Assembly: GCA_036172245.1 (NCBI GenBank)
Contig: JAYWIR010000026.1
Coordinates: 1,178,001-1,242,000, forward strand
Reading direction: 5' to 3'
DNA: 64,000 nucleotides
Source of the DNA: Raillietiella orientalis
Taxonomy: Eukaryota
Under the pieces are notes generated by a model, which was not told the origin of the DNA, searched no databases, and saw only the letters and a list, made by a program, of their open reading frames with translations. Shown piece after piece: positions 62,531-64,000 of the stretch. Numbering within the stretch: the stretch's first letter is position 1; each line of letters starts with the position of its first letter. A program made the translations under genes and the position numbers.

Positions 62531-64000
62531 AGGTTACAGGAATCAGTCCAGCAAGTAATCAATGAATCTGAAATGCATAATAAATAGTAAGTGTAATGTA
62601 GATCACCTCTCCCATTTCAACATTTTAGCCACAGGCAATACTCACAAATTAAGCATTTTCATTCTCATTTGCCTATTTTGTTTTTGCCAATAACATCCTC
62701 TATTTTGAAAAATCAAATATCCACATGAAGTTCTACTTTCAACTTGTCTAACTTACAACTTCTAAACCAAGACTTCTTTAGATGTTCTTAACTTGACCAA
62801 AATCTCTAGAAAATGAGTATGCGTGCATACTCATGTTTTTACTGATCTGCTACATGGTATGCTACTTGTCAAGATAACTAATCCATTAGATCTAGAAAAT
62901 CAATCAATCTTTCCTGCCTGCAGAAGCTACTAGTCATCCTATGCAAAATATCACACCATCAAGTGTTCCTTGTAATAGCATAAATAAAACACCTCAACAT
63001 TCCTATATCAGGAAAGTATCTGAATAGAAAATGATGGAACTTTGTTCCAAGAAGTTCTGGCATTCCCATATGACCCAAATACTGGCTCAGCTCACTCTTC
63101 TGCAGAATTAATATTTTCATAAACAATTGTCAGTTATCACTGAAAGCTAGCCGAGAATAATAACCGCAATTCGACAAAATACAAGGAATGTGAAGAGCAA
63201 ACTCTTAGTTGGTGAGCTTATTCCTTGTTAATTACTACTGATTTCACAAATTATAAGTCCCTACAGTTTAAGATGGTTAACTACATAACCAAATCCATTT
63301 ATGTATACATCATAAAAATCATTTTTATCTTAGTGAAACTGCTGATGACTTCCATATTCATTAAGTAGCTGCAACAGAGCAATTACCCCAAATAATTGGT
63401 TAACTGAGTCTATACTAATGAAAACTATGCAAAAAAAGGCAACCTTTCAAAATTGCATCACACCTTACAATAACATGCATTTCTTATCCTCAAACATCAA
63501 AAACCTCTACTGAGCAATATAAAATATACAATTGACATTTTGCTGTTAAGTCTGACCATGAAAGTGATGTCATTATTAGGAAGGAATACATACTGATGAC
63601 CCATATTTCCAATTTCCAACTTAACTATAAAAAAAACGCTCATGCCAAAACAGCTGCATTCAACAAACTAAATTGCAGTATGGATAATGTTAATTCAGGG
63701 ACATTCATGCATATCTTATTATTCATACATCAGAATGAATAGGAAGCACAAAAGCTCAACTTGTAAAACAAGATGAGTGATTTTATGGATGATTTTGCGT
63801 AAATTTAGGTTTGGGCATTTCAGAATCGCAATGGAATGAAATTTTTAATTTTATGTTGAGTTATATCTCTGGGAATGTTGTGGTTTAGTAGAGAAAGACG
63901 AATTTAAGGTTAGGTCGAAACTAACCGTGTTATCACTTTTGTCTAAGAAAATATTCATGAGATGGAGCCGGTATGAAGTTCATATTTTAATCGTGAGATT

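Overview
Eukaryotic (metazoan, probably arthropod) genomic DNA. No prokaryotic features, CRISPR array or RNA gene could be supported. Intact genes: three divergent single-coding-exon SLC35G1-like (double EamA) transporter paralogues (15585-16562 +, 22926-23903 -, 56681-57673 -) and a spliced two-CUB-domain gene (3421-6195 +, 5' end unresolved). Gene remnants: a SmydA/msta-like MYND-SET pseudogene and an ankyrin-like fragment. Most of 13-59 kb is a graveyard of L1/Tx1-type non-LTR retrotransposon copies of different ages and both orientations. The dominant structure is a 16.3-kb palindrome: two ~8.02-kb arms (30568-38588 and 38865-46883) around a 276-bp spacer. Arm divergence falls from about 5% at the outer ends to about 0.1% inside, and both outer breakpoints sit in the CCHC motif of two different inward-pointing LINE remnants. 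At 49.3-53.9 kb is a younger nested LINE complex with twin-priming-like geometry, a candidate 32-bp target duplication, an RT-core deletion and a TAATG ORF1/ORF2 junction. Also present are AT-rich elements with degenerate terminal inverted repeats and a 45-bp minisatellite with a higher-order unit. All protein family calls come from motif recognition by eye, and the boundaries of decayed remnants are approximate.
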